DNA of 64,000 nt from Spirochaetes bacterium RBG_16_49_21 (GTDB taxonomy: Bacteria; Spirochaetota; UBA4802; UBA5550). The DNA lies in contig MIBJ01000068.1 in assembly GCA_001829495.1 (NCBI GenBank), forward strand, positions 46,560 through 110,559, written 5' to 3'. The notes under the pieces are model-generated. The model had not been told where the DNA came from, did no database searches, and was given only the letters and a program-made list of their open reading frames with translations. The number at the start of each line of letters is the position of its first letter. Positions within the stretch are counted from its first letter, which is position 1. Below, piece by piece: positions 28,827 to 39,014 of this stretch. The position numbers were made by a program, and so were the translations under genes.

Positions 28827-29834
28827 ATGGCGTCAACGCTTCGAAATTGCACGCTCGTTATAGCGCTCTGCAGCGCTGCGATATTTCCTGGATCGGGTCC
28901 GGTACGCGCTGATCACGCAACCGTGCGGAACTACCGCCCTTTCACCACCGAGTTGTATACGAAGGACAAAAAACTGGCCCGCATCGCCCTGCGAAGGTTC
29001 ATCGGGAAGGGGAAAGAATACTATCTTGCCGTAAATCCCGATACCCTGGAGTCTGAGCTGGCTCCCGTGGGCAAATATCTGTTCCTGAAACGATCCCTGG
29101 GTGAGATGCGGGAAGAACACGGAAACCGTGCCTATTTCAAGGCCCTGGCGTTTTCCGAGCGGAATTCCCGTAATCTGCAGAATGCCGGAATCACGCATAT
29201 ATCCGGGCATGGCGCGGCGGTTTATCTGACCGCGGACCTGTGCCCCACGCGGCGGCCGCTCGACCGCGCGTTGTTTATGCGGATCATGAATGAATACGGC
29301 AACTATCATAAGCCGGTGCCCGTCGCCCTTTCGATAACCGGCCGCTGGATGGAGAAGCATTCCGCGGATCTGCGATGGCTTATTGACCTGGAAAAGAATA
29401 AAATCATATCGATCGTATGGATCAATCACACCTACACCCACCTCTATAAAAAGAACCTGCCCCTGAGCAAAAATTTTCTGTTGAATAAAACAGCAGGCAT
29501 CGACGAGGAGATTTTACACAATGAGATTGCCATGATAGAGTCAGGACTCATCCCTTCGGTCTTTTTCCGCTTTCCCGGATTGATCTCAAACAGGGAGGCG
29601 TTTTTGAAAATAACGGGCCTCGGGCTCATTCCGGTGGGGAGCGATGCCTGGCTCGGAAAGAACCAATGGCCGAAGCAAGGAAGCATCATTCTGGTGCACG
29701 CAAACAACCAGGAGTTGGTGGGTATGAAACGGCTTGCAGGGCTAATAAACGCGAAACAAAAAGCCATCGCTGCCGGAGAATGGATGCTGCGTGATATTCG
29801 CGCCGGCATTGTTGAATACATGAAAATGTATTGA
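28827..29834 (+). CDS. Exported polysaccharide deacetylase-like protein
   Basis: Signal peptide; YLTADLCP, WINHTYTH and FFRFPGL NodB-like motifs. Confidence 0.7.
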   Translation: MASTLRNCTLVIALCSAAIFPGSGPVRADHATVRNYRPFTTELYTKDKKLARIALRRFIGKGKEYYLAVNPDTLESELAPVGKYLFLKRSLGEMREEHGNRAYFKALAFSERNSRNLQNAGITHISGHGAAVYLTADLCPTRRPLDRALFMRIMNEYGNYHKPVPVALSITGRWMEKHSADLRWLIDLEKNKIISIVWINHTYTHLYKKNLPLSKNFLLNKTAGIDEEILHNEIAMIESGLIPSVFFRFPGLISNREAFLKITGLGLIPVGSDAWLGKNQWPKQGSIILVHANNQELVGMKRLAGLINAKQKAIAAGEWMLRDIRAGIVEYMKMY

Positions 29835-29848
29835 CACAGGGATATGTT

Positions 29849-29910
29849 TTATATGCGGTGTAATAGAAGGCGGGGATATGCATCCCCGCCTTCTATTACA
29901 CCGCATATAA
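29849..29910. repeat. Perfect inverted repeat with 29-bp arms immediately upstream of valS
   Basis: TTATATGCGGTGTAATAGAAGGCGGGGAT-atgc-ATCCCCGCCTTCTATTACACCGCATATAA. Confidence 0.9.
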
Positions 29911-29925
29911 TTAATAAAAAAACCC

Positions 29926-32571
29926 ATGGAACTCTCTTCATCATACGAACCGAAATCGGTTGAGGAAAAATGGTACCGTATCTGGGAACAGGGAGGATAC
30001 TTTCATGCCCGCGAGGATGACGGCAAGGAGCCGTATTGCATCATGATTCCCCCGCCGAACGTCACCGGCAACCTCCATATGGGCCACGCCTTGAACAATA
30101 CCCTTCAGGATATACTTATCCGCTGGCAGCGTATGCTCGGAAAATCAGCCCTCTGGATGCCGGGGATGGACCACGCGGGCATCGCAACGCAGAATGTGGT
30201 GGAGCGGATTCTTTCTGAGGAGGGCAGGTCAAAAAATGACCTGGGCAGGGAAAAATTCGAGAAAAGGGTCTGGGAGTGGAAGGAGCATTCAGGAGGCCGC
30301 ATCCAGAACCAGCTCAGGCGGCTCGGGTGCTCGTGCGACTGGGAGCGGGAGCGTTTCACCCTTGACCAGGGCCTCTCCCGCGCGGTGCAAACGGTCTTCG
30401 CCTCCCTGTATAAAGAAGGTCTCATCTACCAGGGTTACCGGATAATCAACTGGTGCCCGCGGTGCGGAACAGCCCTGTCCGATATCGAAACCGAGTACCG
30501 CGAGGTGGAGGGCCGCCTCTGGTACATCAAGTATCCGATCGTCGGTTCACGAGACTCTATCGTGGTTGCAACAACGCGGCCCGAGACCATGCTCGGCGAC
30601 ACCGGAGTTGCAGTGAACCCTGAAGACGAACGCTATGCGCACCTCATTGGGAAAAAGGTCATCCTGCCGCTCATGAACAGGGAGATACCCGTGTTTGCCG
30701 ACGATTTCGTGGACAAGGAATTCGGCACCGGGCTGGTCAAGGTGACGCCGGCGCATGATCCCAACGACTTTGAAATGGGCAAGCGCCACGGCCTCAAGGA
30801 AATCAACATACTGGATGAAGCCGCAGTCATCAACGAAAACGGCGGCCCGTATAAAGGCCTTTCCCGCTTCGATGCGCGTGCAAAGGTTGTGGAAGACCTG
30901 GAAAAGCAGGGCTTGCTCGTCAAGATTGAGAAGCATATCCATTCAGTAGGCCACTGCTACCGGTGCCACACCATTATCGAGCCGTATCTCTCGAAGCAGT
31001 GGTTCGTGAAGATAACGCCGCTTGCACAAACAGCCATCAAGGCGGTGGAAGACGGCAGGATACGCTTTGTTCCGAAGAACTGGGAGAAGACCTATTTCGA
31101 ATGGATGCGGAACATACGGGACTGGTGCATATCCCGGCAGCTCTGGTGGGGCCACCGGATACCCGCCTTCTATTGCGGCGACTGCGGCCATATTACCGTC
31201 GGCGCCGGCGATCCCTCACGGTGCGAGAAGTGCAATTCGAATAACATCCGGCAGGACGATGACGTGCTGGACACCTGGTTCTCATCCGGACTCTGGCCCT
31301 TTTCCACCCTCGGCTGGCCGGACGCGACCCCGGCGCTGGACAAATATTATCCCACGAGCGTGCTCGTGACCGCTTTCGACATCATCTTCTTCTGGGTCGC
31401 GCGCATGATTATGCTGGGACTCAAGTTCATGGGCGATGTGCCGTTCCGCGACGTCTACATCCATGCGCTCATCCGGGACGAACAGGGCGCCAAGATGAGC
31501 AAGTCCAGGGGAAACGTCATTGATCCTCTTGTCGTGATGGACCAGTACGGCACCGACGCGCTCCGCTTTACCCTGGCGATGCTGGCCTCATCGGGAAGGG
31601 ATATCGTTCTGTCGGAAAAACGGATAGAGGGATACCGCACCTTTTGCAACAAGGTGTGGAACGCCTCGCGCTTCATTCTCATGAATCTCGAAAGCGAATT
31701 TAGAGAGCAGCCGCTTGAGGCGGGAGAGCTCGATCACTTCGACAAATGGATACTCCACCGGCTGAACGAAGCCATCCGCTCCATACAATCGGCCCTGTCG
31801 GAATACCGGTTCAATGATGCCGCACAATCGATCTACTCCTTCTGGTGGCATGAGTTCTGCGACTGGTACATCGAGCTTACCAAGCAGCGCTTATATTCAA
31901 CCGCACCCGAATCGGGGAAGAGCTCTGAAACGGCGAGGCAGGTGCTGTTCCACGTATTGAAAAAATCAATCAGACTCCTCCACCCCTTCATGCCCTTCAT
32001 CACCGAAGAGATATGGAACAAGATAAAGGGCGAATCGGAAGACCTCGTTATCGTGTCCGGCTGGCCTGCCGCGGATGAGGAATTTGACTTCACGGCCGAA
32101 TCCGAAGAGGCTCTCATTTTCCAGCAGATCGTGTACCGGATCAGAAACATCCGCGGCGAGATGAATATCCCCCCGGACAAGAAGGCACCGGTCATATTCA
32201 AGACCGGCAGCGATAAAATGGCGTCTATCATTAAAAGGGAAAAGATGCAGATACAGGCGCTGGCCAAGGTCGAATCAATCGCCCTGGACCCGCACTATAT
32301 GCCGGGCAGCACCGACGCCTCAGCGGTGATGACCGATATAGAGATCTACGTGCCCCTCCGAAATCTCATCGATATCGACAAGGAGCGCGCCCGGATCGAC
32401 AAGGAAATCGAAAAAACCGGTGCGGATCTCGCCCGGGTTGAGAAGAAGCTGTCCGATCATAACTTTACCAGCAGGGCGCCGAAGCATGTTATAGAAAAAG
32501 AAAGGGCCAAGCAGGACGACTTCAAGGAAATCCTCTCCAAGCTTGAATCAACCAGAAGGAAGCTTGGCTAA
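29926..32571 (+). CDS. valS: Valine--tRNA ligase
   Basis: PPPNVTGNLHMGH, DWCISRQLWWGH, KMSKS, C-terminal coiled coil. Confidence 0.98.
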   Translation: MELSSSYEPKSVEEKWYRIWEQGGYFHAREDDGKEPYCIMIPPPNVTGNLHMGHALNNTLQDILIRWQRMLGKSALWMPGMDHAGIATQNVVERILSEEGRSKNDLGREKFEKRVWEWKEHSGGRIQNQLRRLGCSCDWERERFTLDQGLSRAVQTVFASLYKEGLIYQGYRIINWCPRCGTALSDIETEYREVEGRLWYIKYPIVGSRDSIVVATTRPETMLGDTGVAVNPEDERYAHLIGKKVILPLMNREIPVFADDFVDKEFGTGLVKVTPAHDPNDFEMGKRHGLKEINILDEAAVINENGGPYKGLSRFDARAKVVEDLEKQGLLVKIEKHIHSVGHCYRCHTIIEPYLSKQWFVKITPLAQTAIKAVEDGRIRFVPKNWEKTYFEWMRNIRDWCISRQLWWGHRIPAFYCGDCGHITVGAGDPSRCEKCNSNNIRQDDDVLDTWFSSGLWPFSTLGWPDATPALDKYYPTSVLVTAFDIIFFWVARMIMLGLKFMGDVPFRDVYIHALIRDEQGAKMSKSRGNVIDPLVVMDQYGTDALRFTLAMLASSGRDIVLSEKRIEGYRTFCNKVWNASRFILMNLESEFREQPLEAGELDHFDKWILHRLNEAIRSIQSALSEYRFNDAAQSIYSFWWHEFCDWYIELTKQRLYSTAPESGKSSETARQVLFHVLKKSIRLLHPFMPFITEEIWNKIKGESEDLVIVSGWPAADEEFDFTAESEEALIFQQIVYRIRNIRGEMNIPPDKKAPVIFKTGSDKMASIIKREKMQIQALAKVESIALDPHYMPGSTDASAVMTDIEIYVPLRNLIDIDKERARIDKEIEKTGADLARVEKKLSDHNFTSRAPKHVIEKERAKQDDFKEILSKLESTRRKLG

Positions 32572-33062
32572 TTGCACTCCCTATCCGCCCTTATGCGTTT
32601 TTCCTGCCCCTTTTCAGCAAGCCGGCGCTTGCGTCGTTCAAGGGCTTCACGGTTGCGCCTCTTTTCATCCTCAGTTTCAAAGGCGATCGGCGGGACCGGG
32701 ACCGGTTTTCCATGCTCATCAAGGCTCACATAGGTGAGATACGCCGAGGCGGTGTGCCTCGCTTCGCCGGTCCTGACATTTTCAGCCTCCACCCTTACCC
32801 CTATCTCCATGGATGTTTTCCCTACAAAATTTATGCCGGCGGTCACGCGCAGCAGGTCGCCGATAAAGACCGGGCAGTGAAAATCAAGGCGGTCTATGGA
32901 CGCGGTCACCGTCTGCCTGCCGGTATGGCGGACGGCAACAATGCCCGCCGTGTTGTCGATGAGCTTCATGATGGTGCCGCCGTGCACGTTGCCGGCGAGA
33001 TTCGCGTCCTGCTGCGTCATCTGCTGGACAACGGTGATGCTGGAGTCTTTGACCTTTTTCAT
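32568..33062 (-). CDS. Acyl-CoA thioesterase (hotdog fold)
   Basis: DANLAGNVHGG..LID, VTAS, GKTSMEIGV. Confidence 0.9.
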   Translation of the reverse strand: MKKVKDSSITVVQQMTQQDANLAGNVHGGTIMKLIDNTAGIVAVRHTGRQTVTASIDRLDFHCPVFIGDLLRVTAGINFVGKTSMEIGVRVEAENVRTGEARHTASAYLTYVSLDEHGKPVPVPPIAFETEDEKRRNREALERRKRRLAEKGQEKRIRADRECN

Positions 33063-33082
33063 ACTGCGCTCCTTTTTACCCG

Positions 33083-34027
33083 CTATCTGCAGCACGGGCC
33101 TGAGCCCGTGCATATCCTGATATTTTCAACCTGCAGCGTCGTATGCCGTATCCCGTACCGGTCTTCAAGCATTGAATTCACGCTGCGTATGATCGCGTCG
33201 GAATCGGCTTCCTTTTCAGCGCCATCGACGCAGATGTGGCATGAAAGAAAAACCTCGGACGAATTGACGGACCATATATGCAGGCCATGAACGCTTCCCA
33301 CATGCTCCATGCCGGCTATAGCGCGGAACACCTCGTCGGCATTGATATGCAGCGGAGTCCCCTGTAAAAATATTCTCATCGATTCGCGGATGATCGAAAG
33401 GGAGCTTCCGATTATCATGGCGACGATCAGGATGCTCACGAAAAGGTCGACGATAAGCATGCCGGTATAGTAGAGGAGGATGCCGGCCCCGATGACGGCG
33501 ATGGATGACACGGTGTCGTAGAACAGATGCAGGAACGCCGCCTTCATGTTCAGGTTGTGGTGTCGCTCCTTCATGAGGAGCAGCATTGAAAACAGGTTGC
33601 CCGCGAGTCCAATCGCGCCGACGGGAATCATGACGCCGATGTTGATCGGCACCGGATGCATGTAGCGCGCCGCCGCTTCGTATACGATATAGATGCCGAT
33701 GCCCAGGAGGCTCAGGGCGTTGACCAGGGCAACCATCACCTCGAAGCGCTTGAGGCCGAAGCTGAATTTTTTATCCGGCTCCTTGTCAGAAACCCTCTCC
33801 CCCGCGTATCCGAGCATAAGGGCGAGCACATCCGAAAAATTGTGGCCCGCGTCCGAAATCAGGGCGAGGCTTCCGGAGAAGAGCCCGCCGAGGTATTCGG
33901 CAACGGTTATCGCCGTATTGAAGAAAATGACGAAGATAAATTTCTTTCCGGCTGCGGGTGCGTGGCTGCGGTGATCGTGCCGCACTTCCCCGTGTGCGCA
34001 TCCCTGTTCATCGCGATATGAATTCAT
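33083..34027 (-). CDS. CDF-family Zn/Co/Cd efflux transporter (CzcD/ZitB-like)
   Basis: His-rich N-terminus, SGSLALISDAGHNFSD, NMKAAFLHLFYD, HGLHIWS, HTTLQVE. Confidence 0.92.
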   Translation of the reverse strand: MNSYRDEQGCAHGEVRHDHRSHAPAAGKKFIFVIFFNTAITVAEYLGGLFSGSLALISDAGHNFSDVLALMLGYAGERVSDKEPDKKFSFGLKRFEVMVALVNALSLLGIGIYIVYEAAARYMHPVPINIGVMIPVGAIGLAGNLFSMLLLMKERHHNLNMKAAFLHLFYDTVSSIAVIGAGILLYYTGMLIVDLFVSILIVAMIIGSSLSIIRESMRIFLQGTPLHINADEVFRAIAGMEHVGSVHGLHIWSVNSSEVFLSCHICVDGAEKEADSDAIIRSVNSMLEDRYGIRHTTLQVENIRICTGSGPCCR

Positions 34028-34133
34028 AGCACCTTCCGCAGCCCTTGATTCAGTTGTTTTGCGAGCCATTTGCCGCATATCATCTTTTATTAAACATCAG
34101 TCAAAAATAGGGGAGAGTCAAGAAATTTTTAGA

Positions 34134-34172
34134 CTCCCCCTCTCCTTGAGGAGAGGGGGCCGGGGGGTGAGG
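34134..34172. repeat. CCCTCTCC..GGAGAGGG..GGGGTGAGG intergenic palindromic element
   Basis: Hairpin-forming; same family as the doublet at 42380-42470. Confidence 0.6.
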
Positions 34173-34311
34173 TCGAGGAGGATTCAGGTGTCCGAAGAGC
34201 TTGATTTAAAGATGGGGAGCCGGACAGGGTGTAGCATTGCAATGAACTCATAAAAGAATTGCGCAGCACGATGCTTGTAATTATAGTGCCGTGCTGAAAG
34301 AGAAAATTGAC

Positions 34312-35532
34312 ATGAAAAAAGGAATCGCATCCATAAGCTTCGCAATTATAATGGCCGGAGCGATTGTTCCGGCCGCAGCCGGCCGCACGGATGCGGCGAA
34401 AAAGAGTCTCCTCGGCCGCAACCGGGTCGCCGTGATTAAAAGCAGGTATGACATGGTGGACGCGGTCCTGGATAATTTTCATATCCCCTATGACATTCTG
34501 AAATTCAGGGATCTGGAAAATCCCGGTATCATAAACAGATACCGGGCCGTATTCGTCCCGAGCGGCATTGACACGCCGCTGGAAGAAAGCCTTGATATCT
34601 TCGCGAATGCCGTCCGGTACAAATCCGTAGCGCTCAAACCGGACTTCTACGAGGTGGACGAGGAAAAGGTTGCGAAAACGATACGGCAGTTCGTTAAAGG
34701 CGGCGGATCAGCCTATTTTTCCGGATATTCGTTTGAATATCTACAAAAGGCGTTCAATATATTCGAATATTTCGACAACTTTCCCTATATGGGCATGCCG
34801 GCGCGGGTGGAGGCGGTTCTCGATCATGATCTATCCCGCTTCAGCATGAAGAACAGAATGGCGCTCTACCTGGATCATCCGGGTTGGATCACCATCAAAT
34901 CCGTTGAGGATTCCGAGGTCATAGCCTACGGTACTTTTGAGACCCCGCGGGGCGTCCGCACCGGCCCGATCAGCATCACTGCGCGGCGCGGCAGCGGCGA
35001 GATTCTGTACACGAGCTACGACGGAACGCTGTTCAGCGCGTTCAGAAGGTTCAACATCTACCGCATCGCGGGCGCGTATCTACTAAAATCCCTTGAGAGC
35101 GCGGCTTGGAAATGGAATCAGCGGGTCACCGGCCGGCTTGTCGATTCACTTCATAGGCTCGAATTCGCCGGAATGCACCGGATCGATCTCGAAGAAGGGG
35201 AAAATACCATCTATTTTCACTCCGGCAGGGATTGTTATCAAATCGACATTATTGATAAGGATCAATCCCTTATCGAATCGCGCGATCTGTTCAAGAGGGA
35301 TCAGATCTTCTCCATTAGGTCGCCGTCGAAAGGCTATTGCTACATCAAGCTCTATCCGTCCGCGGCGGCCCGGTACGGCATGTACGCGGTCGTATCAGCC
35401 GCGGGTATGAGGATATTCCCCTATTTTTATCAGTTCATCGGAGCCATGATCGGCGTGCTGGCGGTCGGAGCCGCTGTCAAAGTATACCGGCTTTTTTTAA
35501 TCAAGGGGTATTCGGGCAGATGGCGGGGATGA
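34312..35532 (+). CDS. Hypothetical exported protein with C-terminal TM anchor
   Basis: Long ORF, signal peptide, C-terminal hydrophobic helix followed by a basic tail. Confidence 0.65.
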   Translation: MKKGIASISFAIIMAGAIVPAAAGRTDAAKKSLLGRNRVAVIKSRYDMVDAVLDNFHIPYDILKFRDLENPGIINRYRAVFVPSGIDTPLEESLDIFANAVRYKSVALKPDFYEVDEEKVAKTIRQFVKGGGSAYFSGYSFEYLQKAFNIFEYFDNFPYMGMPARVEAVLDHDLSRFSMKNRMALYLDHPGWITIKSVEDSEVIAYGTFETPRGVRTGPISITARRGSGEILYTSYDGTLFSAFRRFNIYRIAGAYLLKSLESAAWKWNQRVTGRLVDSLHRLEFAGMHRIDLEEGENTIYFHSGRDCYQIDIIDKDQSLIESRDLFKRDQIFSIRSPSKGYCYIKLYPSAAARYGMYAVVSAAGMRIFPYFYQFIGAMIGVLAVGAAVKVYRLFLIKGYSGRWRG

Positions 35533-35549
35533 GCGCAGCGGATCCCGAT

Positions 35550-36104
35550 TCATCTCTTTTTCACGAAATTCACGAACTGGGCATAAAATTCTTTCAGCTC
35601 GTCATTCTTACGCAGCTCGCGAAGGTCGGGGTCTGCGCCGGAAAGGATATCCTGTATATGCCTGGTGAGGACATAAATGGGGCCGGATATCCTATTGGTC
35701 AGACGGATGAGATAGATGTAGAGAAAAACCCCGAGTAAAATGCCCGTGGCTATCATAATGGTGATAAGTACCAGGTTCTGATAAATGGTTTTTTGCAGAT
35801 GCAGGATGGTTGTGTGCATGAGCGATACTGTTTCAAGGTGATCGTCGATAAGCTTCCCGTCTTTCCGGTCCAGATATGCGTCGCGTTTATCCCTGGCGGA
35901 TTCAAATAATACTTCAACGGTCTTTTTTTCCTTATCAATGGAACGATTAAGATCCGATATGGCTGCGGAGATCTTTCTATTGTTATCGGTTGATACGATT
36001 CCCGTTACCGCAATGATGAAGATGAACGCGATGATGATTATCCCGATGATGCGGAACGTCGTTTTCAGCTGGAATTTTTTATCGATCAGCAATCTTCTTC
36101 TCAT
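35550..36104 (-). CDS. Hypothetical two-TM protein with HAMP-like C-terminus
   Basis: RRRLLIDKKFQLK, two TM helices, TNRISGPIYV...LRKNDELKE. Confidence 0.65.
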   Translation of the reverse strand: MRRRLLIDKKFQLKTTFRIIGIIIIAFIFIIAVTGIVSTDNNRKISAAISDLNRSIDKEKKTVEVLFESARDKRDAYLDRKDGKLIDDHLETVSLMHTTILHLQKTIYQNLVLITIMIATGILLGVFLYIYLIRLTNRISGPIYVLTRHIQDILSGADPDLRELRKNDELKEFYAQFVNFVKKR

Positions 36105-36312
36105 AGGCACCCCGTTGTGATAAAAGGGCCGAGTATGGAAATTAATATTCATGCCCGGTTCTCCCATGCTGTCAAGCAGAATTAGTGGGTATCGAGTCTC
36201 TCGGCCCCCTAAATCCCCCGGAGGGAGACCCCGACAGCATGGCAATACGGAGAAAAGTAGTTGCAATCAGGCGCCTTTCTCCAATACATTAATTCTGATC
36301 TCGGAGCATTGC

Positions 36313-37074
36313 ATGGGAAGAGTTATATCGGTTTCCAACCAGAAGGGGGGCGTAGGCAAAACAACCACCGCGGTCAACCTGGCGGCTTTTATCGCCGAGA
36401 GAGGGAAGCGGGTGCTCATTATCGACATCGACCCCCAGGCGAACGCCGGATACGGGCTCGGGATTAATGCCGAGAGCGGGCATCAGACGATTTACGAAGT
36501 CCTGATCGGATCAATCCCGATCAGGGAAGCGATTATACGGACCGCTATCGAAGGCCTGCATATCGTGCCGTCAAATATACATCTGGCCGGCGCTCAGGTC
36601 GACCTGCTCGATATCGAGGAAAGGGAATTCATCCTCCGCAACGCGGTCAAGGATATCAGGGAGGAGTTTGATTACATATTCATTGACTGCCCCCCTTCGC
36701 TCGGGATCCTGACGCTCAACAGCCTGGTCGCCGCGGACTCGGTGATCATCCCCCTGCAGTGCGAATACTATGCGCTCGAGGGATTAAGCCAGCTTCTCCG
36801 GATCATCGCCATGGTGCAGGAAAATTTGAACCGGCGTCTCGCGATCGAAGGCCTTGTTCTTACGATGTACGATTCGCGAACGAACCTGTCGCAGCAGGTG
36901 GTGACCGACGTGAGGGAGTATTTCAGCGACAGGGTTTTTAAGACGATCATCCCGCGCAACGTGCGGCTGTCGGAGGCGCCCTCGTTCGGCCAGCCGATCG
37001 GTCTCTACGACCGGGCGAGCATCGGCAGCACGACGTATGAGAATCTGGCAGAAGAGGTTTTGAAGCATGACTAA
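36313..37074 (+). CDS. parA: Chromosome partitioning ATPase ParA/Soj
   Basis: NQKGGVGKTT, DIDPQAN, DCPPSLG, QCEYYALEG, PRNVRLSEAPS. Confidence 0.96.
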   Translation: MGRVISVSNQKGGVGKTTTAVNLAAFIAERGKRVLIIDIDPQANAGYGLGINAESGHQTIYEVLIGSIPIREAIIRTAIEGLHIVPSNIHLAGAQVDLLDIEEREFILRNAVKDIREEFDYIFIDCPPSLGILTLNSLVAADSVIIPLQCEYYALEGLSQLLRIIAMVQENLNRRLAIEGLVLTMYDSRTNLSQQVVTDVREYFSDRVFKTIIPRNVRLSEAPSFGQPIGLYDRASIGSTTYENLAEEVLKHD

Positions 37075-37930
37075 GAAAGCCCTGGGGAAAGGTCTCTCCG
37101 CGATCATATCCTCGTCCCCGAAGCCGGTTGAGGCCCTGGAAAGCGGCATAGCCCGGAACGCGGAGCTCATCGTGGAACTCGACGTCGACGATCTCTCACC
37201 CAATCCCGACCAGCCCCGGACGCGCTTCGACGAGTCCGACTTAACGGGACTGGCCGCATCCATTCAGGCCGTCGGGCTGCTGCAGCCGATCATCGTGCGC
37301 AAGTCCGGCGCAGCCCATTTCGTGATCGCGGGCGAGCGGAGGCTCAGGGCGGCCAGGCAGGCGGGCCTGAAAAGGATCAAGGCAATCGTCATCGAGGCAG
37401 ACGAGGCAAAGAACCTGACCCTTGCGCTCATCGAAAACATCCAGCGGACCAATCTCAACCCGGTGGAGGAGGCGGAGGCATACAAGGTTCTCATCAACCG
37501 CTTCAACCTTAAACAGCACGATATAGCCGCCCAGGTGGGCAAGGACCGGGCGACGATCGCAAACATGCTCCGCCTTTTACAGCTCCCCCCCGAGATCAAG
37601 GAGGCCCTGGCTGAAGGAAGCATAAGCACCGGACACGCAAAGATTCTGCTGTCGGTAAGCGGCAAAAGACAGATGGAGTTTTTCAGAAGGCTTATAGACA
37701 AATCCGTATCCGTGCGCTCTCTGGAAAAGATGGCGCAGGAGGAGAGCAAGCCGAAAAAATATTCCAAGACAGGGGCGCTTAAAAACGCGCAGATACGGAA
37801 GATGGAGGAGGAGATCGCAGCCATACTGGGAACCAAGGTTGAGATCCGGCATGGGAACGGCAAGGGGAAAATCGAGATTACCTATTATTCGCTGGATGAT
37901 TTCGAAAGGATTGTCGATCTGATACGATAG
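37067..37930 (+). CDS. parB: Chromosome partitioning protein ParB/Spo0J
   Basis: ALGKGLSA, NPDQPR, IAGERRLRA, ENIQR..LNPVEEA, HTH. Confidence 0.96.
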   Translation: MTKKALGKGLSAIISSSPKPVEALESGIARNAELIVELDVDDLSPNPDQPRTRFDESDLTGLAASIQAVGLLQPIIVRKSGAAHFVIAGERRLRAARQAGLKRIKAIVIEADEAKNLTLALIENIQRTNLNPVEEAEAYKVLINRFNLKQHDIAAQVGKDRATIANMLRLLQLPPEIKEALAEGSISTGHAKILLSVSGKRQMEFFRRLIDKSVSVRSLEKMAQEESKPKKYSKTGALKNAQIRKMEEEIAAILGTKVEIRHGNGKGKIEITYYSLDDFERIVDLIR

Positions 37931-37983
37931 CGCCCGGCCTTGTATCGTACAACGGCGCAATCCACCGGCTTAAGGTTGATGCG

Positions 37984-38532
37984 ATGAACAGAGATGACGG
38001 CGCACGAACATATTTCGAAAAACTGAAAATCGTGGAAAAATTCTGTTCCGGCGATATTGAGACGGCCAAAAGGATATTAAAAGGAGAGTTCCCGGACATC
38101 ATAGCCTTAAAGGGCCGGTTCAAGGATGATGCCGATGATTATTTCGGACTCTTCCTCGTGTTCATCAGCAGAATATCCGGATCAGTCATCCACAGCATCT
38201 CCGTGATTTCCCATACCGCTTCGGTATATCACAATAAGCCGTTTGAAAACTGGAAGGTTTTTTTCAACAAGGTCGAGAGGGAGATCAAGGAGGCCCAGAT
38301 CGACGTCGAACGGACAAGGGTCCTGAACGAGGTATTATGCCGGCTCGACGAGCTCAAGCTGTTCAACAATTTTTTTGAATGGGTCGCGCACAACGATATC
38401 ATGAACCTCACCGAAAAATTCCAAAAGATCGTCTGCAATGTCCTCAAGATCGAAAATTCCCATGTGGTGCTCGATTTCGAGAACATCACCTCCATCGTAC
38501 TGTACGAAGAAAAAGGGATAAAGCCGGTATAG
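37984..38532 (+). CDS. Hypothetical protein
   Basis: 182-aa ORF with normal codon usage; no recognised motif. Confidence 0.6.
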   Translation: MNRDDGARTYFEKLKIVEKFCSGDIETAKRILKGEFPDIIALKGRFKDDADDYFGLFLVFISRISGSVIHSISVISHTASVYHNKPFENWKVFFNKVEREIKEAQIDVERTRVLNEVLCRLDELKLFNNFFEWVAHNDIMNLTEKFQKIVCNVLKIENSHVVLDFENITSIVLYEEKGIKPV

Positions 38533-38534
38533 GC

Positions 38535-38735
38535 TCTCACCGCACCGTGAAGGCGATGCGCATGTATACCGAGCTCTTCTTCGGCCTTAAAGACACGATC
38601 GCGGCAACGGCGGACCAGCACAAAAGGCTTCTGGCCGCGATGGCCAAGCGCGATGCCGGAAAAGCAATGGCGGTTATGAAAGAGGCGCTTGATTACGGCG
38701 GCCGGAAAATCCGGGAAGCCCTATCGGCGTTATAA
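38535..38735 (+). pseudogene. 3' remnant of a GntR/FadR (FCD-domain) regulator
   Basis: ADQHKRLLAAMAKRDAGKAMAVMKEAL resembles the FCD C-terminal helices; the N-terminal HTH is absent and the fragment begins right at the previous stop. Confidence 0.55.
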
Positions 38736-38746
38736 CATAAATAAAT

Positions 38747-38933
38747 TAATTTTCCACCCACACTTGTGTAAGAAAAGGGGATGAGGAGATAGAAGAGATT
38801 GCAGAGATATGTTTTCGATGAAAAAATGCTAAAAATGAATAGGGGAAGAACAATCTATCACAAACAATAAAATCATCCCCTATTTTAAATCTCCCTATCC
38901 CCTTTTCTTACACACATTTGTGGGTAGAAATTA
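38747..38933. mobile_element. MITE-like ~187-bp element with ~45-bp imperfect terminal inverted repeats
   Basis: Left end TAATTTTCCACCCACACTTGTGTAAGAAAAGGGGATGAGGAGAT versus reverse complement of right end TAATTTCTACCCACAAATGTGTGTAAGAAAAGGGGATAGGGAGAT; no ORF inside. Confidence 0.65.
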
Positions 38934-39014
38934 GCCCTTTGATTGGAAAAAAAGCAAGAAGCGTTAACAAAATTTGCTTAAGTCGAGCAAATTAAGTCAT
39001 GAGGAGGAACACCA

